Assembly: GCF_006345805.1 (NCBI RefSeq)
Contig: NW_021827048.1
Span: 1-11,235 of the forward strand
Reading direction: 5' to 3'
Length of the DNA stretch: 11,235 bases
From: Octopus sinensis
Taxonomy: Eukaryota
Made by a program: the position numbers and the translations under genes. Below are positions 1 to 8,304 of the stretch, piece by piece; position 1 is the stretch's first letter; every line of letters starts with the position of its first letter. The notes under the pieces are model-generated. The model worked only from the letters and a program-made list of their open reading frames with translations. It was not told where the DNA came from and did not search any database.

Positions 1-24
1 TGTACCAAGTCAACAAATGTCACC

Positions 25-314
25 TGACTCATCGCGACCTCCTATTTGTATATATTTGTATAGAAACAGGTAAATAAAAGGTAAACTATACATTGTATAA
101 AACGTTCTGGATAATTTAACCTCGCTGAAAATAAACATGTGTCCCGTGTAGTAAAAAAAGCAAAACTTTCCACTATTCAGTTCCTTTTTCTCAAATAGAG
201 ACTCTTTTGTATTTATAGTTTAGCGTATAAAATATGAATCATATGGTATTTCCCCTAACTGAGTCTGATAGTATATATATACATATAGCTAAGCTCAAAG
301 CAACTAATATCAGT
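25..314 (+). promoter_or_regulatory. Candidate IL-17 promoter region: AP-1 consensus, kB-like motif, TATA-like elements, Inr-like TCAGT
   Basis: TGACTCA at 25-31; GGTATTTCCCC at 245-255 (reverse strand GGGAAATACC, one mismatch to GGGRNWYYCC); TATAAAA at 226-232 and TATATATATA at 272-281; TCAGT at 310-314. No ATG lies between 246 and 420. The motifs are short and individually weak, and the call depends on exon 1 being right. Confidence 0.3.
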
Positions 315-420
315 AAGATCGAATACCTCCTCGGTAAACGGACTGACTTAGATCCAATTTAAGAAAAAGTATTATACTGCTAAAGTCCTCTTTTGAATTG
401 TAAATTGTAGACACATAAAA

Positions 421-435
421 ATGAAGATGATCCAA
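421..435 (+). CDS. IL17: Putative first coding exon of the IL-17-like gene (MKMIQ)
   Basis: aaaaATG AAG ATG ATC CAA|GTAAGA: A at -3, strong donor at 436, phase 0. This matches the phase-0 acceptor at 5542/5543 and yields MKMIQFLFKFAIFLLNFTSIVLSA, a typical signal peptide (basic N-region, hydrophobic core, small residues at the cleavage site). Confidence 0.7.
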
Positions 436-500
436 GTAAGAATATTCAATTTATATATACTCTCATCTCTTATGTTTAACTTGCTTGAATTATAGTGGGG

Positions 501-778
501 CATCACCTTCAAAGTTTTAGCTGCAGAAGATCAAACCCAGTACCTAATTTTTGAAGTCGGGTATATATGCTATGGCCCGAGTTCAAATTCCGCCGAGGTC
601 GACTTTGCCTTTCATCCTTTCGGGGTCGATAAATTAAGTACCAGTTACGCACTGAGGTCGATGTAATCGACTTAATCCCTTTGTCCGTCCTTGTTTGTCC
701 CCTCTGTGTTTAGCCCCTTGTGGGTAGTAAAGAAATATATATATATATGCTATGGCCCTTCTCTCGTTAAAACGCTGA
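501..778 (-). mobile_element. Old, diverged 3' fragment of the main SINE family, interrupted by the younger SINE at 579-741
   Basis: With 579-741 and one TSD removed, the sequence cacc..ttttag..acccagtacctaatttttgaagtcgggtatatatgctatggcccttctctcgttaaaacgctga aligns by eye with cacc..tttag..acccgggacttattcttttttgtaagcccagtacttatgctatcggtctcttttgccgaaccgctaa of the copy at 943-1358. Confidence 0.5.
579..741 (+). mobile_element. 5'-truncated tRNA-derived SINE of a second family, with a 17-bp target-site duplication
   Basis: Begins at a Pol III B-box-like GAGTTCAAATTC. Central GGTCGACTTTGCCTTTCATCCTTTCGGGGTCGATAAATTAAGTACCAG resembles, from memory, the Nin-type SINE central domain. Ends in AAAGAAATATA. 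Flanked by identical TATATATGCTATGGCCC at 562-578 and 742-758. Confidence 0.85.
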
Positions 779-855
779 TACTACAGAAAAAAATGTCAAG
801 CGCATTGGGGTGTGACAAACACAAGCGTACACATACCCACGCGTTCATACAAACG

Positions 856-857
<2 letters not shown>

Positions 858-935
<78 letters not shown>

Positions 936-938
936 GTT
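858..938. repeat. Compound (TA)n-(TG)n microsatellite
   Basis: Directly visible; source of the YIYIYI/VCVCV pseudo-ORFs. Confidence 0.95.
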
Positions 939-942
939 TGTA

Positions 943-1358
943 TACTCTTTTATACTCTTTTACTTGTTTCAGTCCTTTGACTGCGGCCATGCTGGAGCAC
1001 CGCCTTTAGTCGAGCGACTCGACCCGGGACTTATTCTTTTTTTGTAAGCCCAGTACTTATGCTATCGGTCTCTTTTGCCGAACCGCTAAGTAACGGGGAC
1101 ATAAAACACAACACCAGCCTCGGTTGTCAAGCAATGCTAGGGGGACAAACACAGACACACAAACAAACACACATACATATATATACACATATATACGACA
1201 GGCTTCTTTCAGTTTCCGTCTACCAAATCCACTCACAAGGCATTGGTCGGCCCGGGGCTATAGCAGAAGACACTTGCCCAAGATGCACGGCAGTGAGACT
1301 GAACCCGGAACCATGTTTTTTGTTAGCAAGCTACTTACCACACAGCCACTCCTGCGCC
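943..1358 (-). mobile_element. Full-length tRNA-derived SINE (main family, copy 1)
   Basis: Reverse complement closely matches 7912-8265 and 9114-9552. Head GGCGCAGGAGTGGCTGTGTGGTAAG with A-box and B-box-like GGTTCAGT; CORE-like TCTTGGGCAAGTGTCTT; internal TA/TG microsatellite; tail of AAAAGAGTA repeats. Resembles octopus tRNA-derived SINEs from memory. Confidence 0.92.
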
Positions 1359-1436
1359 TATGTATATATATATATGTATGTATATATATATATAATATAT
1401 ATAATATATATATATATTATTATATATATATATATA

Positions 1437-1483
<47 letters not shown>

Positions 1484-1484
1484 T
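1359..1484. repeat. Imperfect (TA)n microsatellite
   Basis: Directly visible, abutting the SINE head. Confidence 0.95.
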
Positions 1485-1672
1485 GACGTGATAAAATACA
1501 GGAGGATCGATTAATTGTAATTTTCTTTAGCATATTCCCCTCTCATATTCATACACATACTGCAGCAGAACTTTGTTTTTCTAAGTCCTATAAAAGAACT
1601 CGGAAGGTTGAGCTTTCAACCAGACCTTTCGTGACACCCTTAAAGTCAGGAAATATTCAGCATCTCACAGTT

Positions 1673-2000
1673 TGTATGTACGTATGCATGTATGTATGTA
1701 TGTATGTATATATATGTGTGTGTGTGAGAGGGGGTGGGCTTGTATGTGTACATATATATATGTGCATATATATATATATGTATATATGTGTATATGTATA
1801 TATATATGTATGTGTGTATCTGTATATATGTGTGTGTATGTATATGTGCATATGTGTGTGTATATATATATGATGTATGTGAATACGTATTTATTAATTA
1901 TATTGTTTGTATCTTCCCATACACTCACGTATGTGTATGTGTGAGAGTGTGTGTGTATGCTTTTGTGCATGCATGTGTGTATGTATGTGTGCATATTCTT
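1673..2000. repeat. Degenerate TA/TG/TATG low-complexity tract
   Basis: Directly visible; source of five overlapping pseudo-ORFs. Confidence 0.9.
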
Positions 2001-2440
2001 ATGTGTTAGGTGTATACATATATATTCCTTGTGAATTGATAATAAATTTTTCCTTCATATATTTGTTTCTTATTCATTTTTGAATGTCTTCCCTAATCAG
2101 GGCAATTTTTGAGTGGGGATTTTTTAAAAATAAATCATATATGTTCAAATATAGAATCAATTTAAATATAGTTTTGTTATTTAGCTAGAAGCTTCTAATA
2201 ATATTTTTTTCCGTTTTCTCTATAAATATGTATACACCCGACATTCTATGGGTTTTTTTCCTATTAGTGAACGTGGTGTTTATATCTGCTAGACACACGT
2301 GTTTTTGTTTACATTATATTTCGTCTCGATCTTTTACTATTTTTAAGTATATCCGTCAGACTTTTTAAGTTATAGCTTTCTGCACAAATAGACTTCCATA
2401 CACATTGGTATGTCTTTCTTTTTCTTTAATATTTTCCCTA

Positions 2441-2606
2441 TTACTCCATGTTTTTTCCTTACTCTTTTTTCCTTACTTGTTTCAGTCAGTTGACTGCGGC
2501 CATGCTAGAGCACCGCCTTTAGTCGAGCAACTCGACCCCGGGACTTATTCTTTGTAAGCCCAGTGCTTATTCTATCGGTCTCCTTTGCCGAACCGCTAAG
2601 TGACGG
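2441..2606 (-). mobile_element. 5'-truncated 3' fragment of the main SINE family (copy 2)
   Basis: 2473-2606 is near-identical to 959-1096 and to the reverse complement of 9398-9532. A degenerate ttactc...ttttttcc tail repeat occupies 2441-2472. Confidence 0.9.
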
Positions 2607-2683
2607 TGAATTTTATTAATAACTTTTTGATGCTTTTCCTAAAATTTCCTCTCACTGATGAGAATGACAATGCATACCTCAAA

Positions 2684-2685
<2 letters not shown>

Positions 2686-2724
<39 letters not shown>

Positions 2725-2734
2725 TTATTATTAT

Positions 2735-2766
<32 letters not shown>

Positions 2767-2793
2767 TATTATATTATTATTATTATTATTTTA

Positions 2794-2829
<36 letters not shown>

Positions 2830-2886
2830 CATCATCATCATCATCATCATCATCATTATTATAATAATAATATATAATATTATTAA

Positions 2887-2970
<84 letters not shown>

Positions 2971-3006
2971 CATCATCATCATCATCATCATCATCATTAT
3001 TATTAT
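2686..3006. repeat. Compound (ATT)n/(ATC)n trinucleotide microsatellite
   Basis: Long ATT runs with three ATC blocks starting at 2735 (10 units), 2828 (9) and 2969 (9). Source of the poly-I/L/Y/M pseudo-ORFs. Confidence 0.95.
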
Positions 3007-3186
3007 TTTTAAATATTTGTATTGTCTTTTGAAAAGTGCGTATGCATTGAATTCAATTTTGTATTAAATCCAAGTTTGATTTTAACATATAATCTTTCCA
3101 TTTTTATACTTGTTTATGGTATTTTTATACCTATAAAGAATTTTTCATTTATATATGTTTATATGTATGCATCATGGGATTCGACA

Positions 3187-3290
3187 CAGTTTCCGTCTGC
3201 CAAATTCGCCTACAATGCTTTGGTCGAGCCGGTGTGAGACAGGAAGCGACTTACCCATTGTGCCACGCGATGTGGTGAATTCTGAAACAT
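3187..3290 (-). mobile_element. Diverged internal fragment of the main SINE family or an older relative
   Basis: cagtttccgtctgccaaattcgcctacaatgctttggtcgagccgg...gaagcgacttacccattgtgccacgc aligns with cagtttccgtctaccaaatccactcacaaggcattggtcggcccgg...gaagacacttgcccaagatgc at 1210-1286. Confidence 0.75.
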
Positions 3291-3721
3291 AAAACTGTAT
3301 ATTCGCATACATTAATGTATGAAAATATCCATACATTAATATTATTACATGCTTTATGATATTTCCATTATTAAGCATACATATTTTTGGAATGTTAATA
3401 AGAAAATGATAAACGTAGACAAAGCATGTAGCTATGCTCAAAGGAACATAACCTCCATCAGTCAAGCGACTTTTGATGAATATTTAGCTTGCAGTTGATT
3501 TCTAGGGCACATTTAGGTATGATATACATAACTCTGGTTTATGTACAAGAAATTACTTATTTGATTTGCATATTGTCTTTTATATCATAGGGGTACTAAT
3601 TTAATTAGAATTACAGAATGGCAGATGAGTTCAAATGAATCGATTCTTCGTAATGCTTTGTAGAGTATATTTACAAACGCTTCAAAACATTTTAACTATG
3701 GAAAGCTTCCAAAAACCATAA

Positions 3722-3808
<87 letters not shown>

Positions 3809-3818
3809 GTATCTATCC

Positions 3819-3878
<60 letters not shown>

Positions 3879-3909
3879 CCTGTCTGTCTGTCTATCTATC
3901 TATCTATCT
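3722..3909. repeat. (ATCT)n tetranucleotide microsatellite in two blocks
   Basis: Directly visible; interrupted near 3808-3822 and by (GTCT) units near 3881-3891. Confidence 0.95.
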
Positions 3910-4384
3910 TGTAATAATCTGATGGAATAGACGACGATGATAAAGATTTTACAAATCTTAAGACATTATTTTCATAGAGAGGATTGTCGGTGTGTTTATT
4001 TAAAATCACTGAATCAATGACCGAAATATATTAGTTCCTGCGATGAATGCTGTATTCCAACGAGAAGATATATATATCTCCATATAACTACAATTTATTT
4101 CTCTTTTTCCATCACCTTCCTCTCCTCCCCACCAAATACACAGAGAAATACATACATAAATCAATCAGCCCTTGCACTGGTCAAAAGCGATAAACATCCC
4201 TGTGTTAACCATCTATTAATGTTATATCGCTTGAAGTAATGAATCCAGACAGATGATGAACCCGGCGCCCACAGGTACTACGGATTACACTGTAACTCAG
4301 TATCGATTTATGAGGAAGTAGCCTGAGGATGGTTGGAAATGACACAAATATGTGAAAACACCTGTACTCTTTCACTACAACTTT

Positions 4385-4583
4385 GTCTTACTCTTCCCGT
4401 TGCACCTGCGTTTCAAATGGTTAGCCTTGCCACACTCTGTGTTACGCTGAATCTCCCCGAGAACTACGTTAAGGGTACACGTGTCTGTGGAGCGCTCAGC
4501 CACTTGCACGTTAATATCACGAGCAGGCTGCTCCGTTGATTGGATCAACTGGAACCCTCGACGTCGTAACCGACGGAGTGCCA
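4385..4583 (+). mobile_element. Probable 3' fragment of a third interspersed retroposon family
   Basis: GC- and CpG-rich block in an AT-rich intron, ending in GTCGTAACCGACGGAGTGCCA followed by a TGATA/TA-repeat tail. It resembles an abundant octopus repeat end from memory only; there is no second copy in the window. Confidence 0.45.
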
Positions 4584-4668
4584 TGATATATGATATGATA
4601 TATATATACATCTGTATATATATATGTATATATATATATGTATATATATATATATGTATATATTATAT

Positions 4669-4876
4669 ATTACATATAATAGAAATATTAAAATTAAAAT
4701 AATAATAATATACCAATGATTAAGTAGATTGCAAAATAATAATAAAAACGTATATATTTGGTAGAATAACTATATTATATTATATTTAGTGAAATTTGAT
4801 TTAGTATTTCTAAATTGAATTTTCCTTCTTTAAGCTGGGAATAATATTCCCTCAAATAATTATTATATATATATGA

Positions 4877-4923
<47 letters not shown>

Positions 4924-4959
4924 ACGTATATATATATGCATGCATACACACACACAAAC

Positions 4960-5053
<94 letters not shown>

Positions 5054-5108
5054 ATGTTTGTGTGTGTGTATGCATGCATATATATATAGCGTATATATAT
5101 ATATATAT

Positions 5109-5160
<52 letters not shown>

Positions 5161-5358
5161 TATATATATAATTATTTGAGGGAATATTATTCCAGCTTAA
5201 AGGGAAAATTCAATTTAGAAATACTAAATCAATTTCACTAAATATAATATAATATAGTTATTCTACCAAATATATACGTTTTTATTATTATTTTGCAAAA
5301 TACTTAATCATTGGTATATTATTATTATTTTTATTTTAATATTTCTATTATATGTAAT
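4669..5358. repeat. ~690-bp near-perfect inverted duplication (palindrome) centred on a TA tract
   Basis: 4669-4863 is the reverse complement of 5168-5358 with 3 substitutions and 4 indel bases. The inner marker TGCATGCATACACACACACAAACA (4937-4960) is mirrored exactly at 5055-5078. Centre ~5008. Confidence 0.95.
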
Positions 5359-5409
5359 TTTCTAGATGTAATTTAATTTTGAATGGATAAAATGTTTCTT
5401 TTTCTAATT

Positions 5410-5410
<1 letters not shown>

Positions 5411-5476
<66 letters not shown>

Positions 5477-5488
5477 GTAATAATATAT
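5411..5488. repeat. (TA)n microsatellite
   Basis: Directly visible, ending ~30 bp upstream of the branch point. Confidence 0.95.
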
Positions 5489-5542
5489 GATAAATTGAAA
5501 GTGAAATCCATCACTCGACTAACATATTTTCTTTATTTGCAG

Positions 5543-6070
5543 TTTCTCTTCAAGTTTGCCATATTCCTCTTGAACTTCACCTCGATTGTGTTGTCAGCCG
5601 CAATTCCGAACCAGTGTGAAATACCAACGAATCTGAAAGTCCAATATGAGAGTCTCTCCAATGCAGCCATTGGCAATAATTTTTTTCTACCAGCTGAAAT
5701 GTCTCCAGCCGGAAGTAAACAATCACTGACCGACGGGGATAAAACTTGCCCAACATCTACTGCTTCTACAAATAACATACGCGAGCGCTCTACCTGTCCT
5801 TGGTACCTGACCATAACTCATGATACAACAATTTTCCCTCCATCACGTACTGAAGTTATGTGTCGATGTACAAAGTGTTTAGACACTGACAGTGGCAACC
5901 ATGAATGTGTGATGGTTTATACTCCAATGACTGTCCTGAAACGTACAGGCGAATGTGTTGATGGACTGTACGTTTATAAACCAAGTGTGATTAAAGTGGC
6001 CACAGCCTGTGCGTGTGCACGGAAGGTTGATGTCATTGAGAAGGAAACTGAGCATGACTATGAGTCATAG
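5543..6070 (+). CDS. IL17: Interleukin-17 family cytokine, main coding exon (175 aa + TAG)
   Basis: RSTCPW (5786-5803; vertebrate RSxSPW), FPxxxxEVMCRCxKC, CVxVYxxMxVLKR, GLYVY and VATACAC (cystine-knot CxC), plus a hydrophobic signal-peptide segment at the exon start. The track's start at 5495 is an intronic TTG; the real boundary is CAG|TTT at 5542/5543. The symbol denotes the family, not orthology to a vertebrate IL17A-F. Confidence 0.93.
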   Translation, partial: FLFKFAIFLLNFTSIVLSAAIPNQCEIPTNLKVQYESLSNAAIGNNFFLPAEMSPAGSKQSLTDGDKTCPTSTASTNNIRERSTCPWYLTITHDTTIFPPSRTEVMCRCTKCLDTDSGNHECVMVYTPMTVLKRTGECVDGLYVYKPSVIKVATACACARKVDVIEKETEHDYES

Positions 6071-6170
6071 CAAATGTTAAAATAATTAATTGTACACTGC
6101 GTATCCCGCAAGAATTTTTCATAGTTTTATGAAATTTGATGTACACCATTATGTGGTGATTAATGGATGG

Positions 6171-6270
6171 ATGCATGCATGCATGCATACATGCATACAC
6201 CACATACATACATACATACATACATACATACATACATACATACATACATACTACATACATACATACATAT
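6171..6270. repeat. (ATGC)n-(TACA)n microsatellite
   Basis: Directly visible, 100 bp after the stop codon. Confidence 0.95.
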
Positions 6271-6455
6271 ATTAATATGTATGTGTGTGTATTTGCTTTA
6301 ACATACGCTTTATAACATCGACATTTGCATATTTAAAACAAAAATCTTGTTGCAATTTTATTTAATCGCCTGTAAGTTATTTCATTATATCTGTACATAT
6401 GAAATCATTCACAAAATCATTTACGAATCATTTAACCACACAAAATGCTATGTCA

Positions 6456-6790
6456 CCTTTTATTTAAACACACACGTGCCTTTTATTTAAACACACACGC
6501 GCCTTTTATTTAAAGATACACGTACCTTTTATTTAAACACACACGCACTTTATATTTAAACACACACGTATCTTTTATTTAAACACACACGCACTTTATA
6601 TTTAAACACACACGCGCCTTTTATTTAAACACACACGTGCCTTTTATTTAAACACACACACACCTTTTATTTAAACACACACACACACACCTTTTATTTA
6701 AACACACACGTACCTGTTATTTAAACACACACACCTTTTATTTAAATACACACACACCTTTTATTTAAAGAAGCACACACACACACACGT
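6456..6790. repeat. Minisatellite, 14 copies of a ~23-bp unit, consensus CCTTTTATTTAAACACACACGYR
   Basis: Units start at 6456, 6479, 6502, 6525, 6548, 6571, 6594, 6617, 6640, 6663, 6690, 6713, 6734 and 6757. The period is exactly 23 for the first nine units, then varies with CA slippage. Confidence 0.97.
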
Positions 6791-6983
6791 TGACGCAGTC
6801 AGACGCATACAGGCACAATTTCGCACATACCTACAGATTTATGTGTATACTTCCTATTTTCCTACTTGACGCCGATTAGTTAGCTGAAATTAGAAGGACC
6901 AGACTTTTCCCATACATTTAAGGATCAGAATGTGTCAATTGACGCAAAGATGTTTTCCAATTTGAAAGGAAATGAAAAAAAAA

Positions 6984-6997
6984 ATAAATAAATAAAG
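6984..6997 (+). terminator. Candidate polyadenylation signal (three overlapping AATAAA)
   Basis: First canonical AATAAA I can find after the stop codon at 6070, at 6984, 6988 and 6992. It follows an A-run and could be incidental. Confidence 0.4.
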
Positions 6998-7861
6998 GAA
7001 ATGACGAGGTAGAAAACTTTTATTAAATACATAAATCTATTGAATTTTATGATTTCATGATGATATTAGTCACAATAGTTTGATACTTTGAATGAAATAT
7101 ATCCTTACAAAATAAAAAGATATTTATAGAAATTCAAATAATTCATCTCGATGTCTTAGCATGTATGTCTGACTTTATGTGTAGAGGTGAATGTTTCCTC
7201 ATTAAGGTGTTCGATAGTACATGAACAGCCGTGAGATGAATCACTATGACGTTCTTCAACAACTTTTTGAATATATTCCCTTTGGACCGGCGACTGAGTT
7301 GCAAACACTTGTGTATGCTACCCAGACGTTAATAAGAGCAACATCTCAAATATTATATTAAATAAAAGAAAAACGTGCATTGGTCATCGTCTACTGCTTG
7401 CTTTGCTTAAATGAAGCTTTGCCATTTGGTCAAGCACGTTTACGCCTACCATAGTTTTACTATAAAAATATTACGGTGTCAAATTTCTTCTGGGAGTTAT
7501 TCTCAGAAGGAACTTCTACATGTTGATGTAAGGTACAGAAAACAAAACAGAGTTTGATTTTTCGCACTGATATAATGTGTGACAGTAGGCTTTGTGGATT
7601 TCATAACCACATTATCATGGACTGGTTTCACCTGTTTTATTGCTTCCAGTAGAATTGTTCTGACTGAACTGCGGTTTTGTTTTGCGAACTGTAAAGGCTT
7701 TGCAATTACTGAATATCTAAAATGTTGTCACATGTATTTATAAACAAAAAACAAGTGCAAGGTTCAAAAGTTGACCATGCGTTAATTGATGTGTGCGGTC
7801 CTTATGACAATATGTGCTTATCATTTTTACAGTTGGTGCAAACACCCTATAATTATAGAAC

Positions 7862-8082
7862 CTCGTGAATTCCACTTTTTTCTCTTTCTCATATATATAT
7901 ATATATATATAGGCGCAGGAGTGGCTGTGTGGTAAGTAGCTTGCTAACCAACCACATGGCTGCGGGTTCAGTCCCACTGCGTGGCATCTTGGGCAAGTGT
8001 CTTCTGCTATAGCCCCGGGCCGACCAATGCCTTGTGAGTGGATTTGGTAGACGGAAACTGAAAGAAGCCTGTCGTATATATG

Positions 8083-8113
<31 letters not shown>

Positions 8114-8263
8114 CTGTGTTTGTCCCCCTAGCATTGCTTGGCAACCGATGCTGGTGTGTTTACGTCCCCGTCACTTACAAAGAATAAGTCCCGGGGTCGA
8201 TTTGCTCGACTAAAAGCGGTGCTCCAGCATGGCCGCAGTCAAATGATTGAAACAAGTAAAAGA

Positions 8264-8304
<41 letters not shown>

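Larger units (their letters stand above)
436..5542 (+). other. Putative phase-0 intron (5107 bp) of the IL-17-like gene
   Basis: GTAAGA donor at 436; GACTAAC branch-point match at 5517-5523; pyrimidine tract ATTTTCTTTATTTG; CAG acceptor ending at 5542. The acceptor is better supported than the donor pairing. Confidence 0.65.

Noticed and set aside
1059-1514. Recurring peptides RQASFSFRLPNPLTRHWSARGYSRRHLPK and TAAMLEHR (also 7889-8134, 8210-8404, 9098-9364)
   Set aside because: They recur only because they are translations of SINE copies; this is not a protein family.
691-3067. Track ORFs rich in YI, VC, TH, poly-I, poly-L, poly-Y and poly-M (also 4873-5241, 4912-5157, 6033-6275)
   Set aside because: They are translations of stop-free microsatellites.
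4253-4280. ATGATGAACCCGGCGCCCACAG|GTACTA as an alternative IL-17 first exon
   Set aside because: It is phase 1 with a weak donor, so it is out of frame with the phase-0 acceptor at 5543.
4321-4372. Second hammerhead-like motif: CTGAGGA followed by TGGTTGGAAATGACAC and a later GAAA
   Set aside because: The core heptamer matches CUGANGA, but stems I, II and III cannot be closed without several assumed mutations.
5495-5542. N-terminal 16 residues of the 191-aa ORF
   Set aside because: The start is TTG next to a TA tract, and the segment contains the branch point, pyrimidine tract and CAG acceptor, so it is intronic.
5533-5814. 93-aa minus-strand ORF
   Set aside because: Antisense shadow of the IL-17 exon with no recognisable features.
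6456-6790. Minisatellite as a CRISPR-like array
   Set aside because: Units are directly adjacent with no unique spacers, and the context is eukaryotic with no cas genes.
7912-7985. SINE heads as tRNA genes
   Set aside because: They have A/B-box-like motifs but no closable cloverleaf, and they continue into SINE body sequence.
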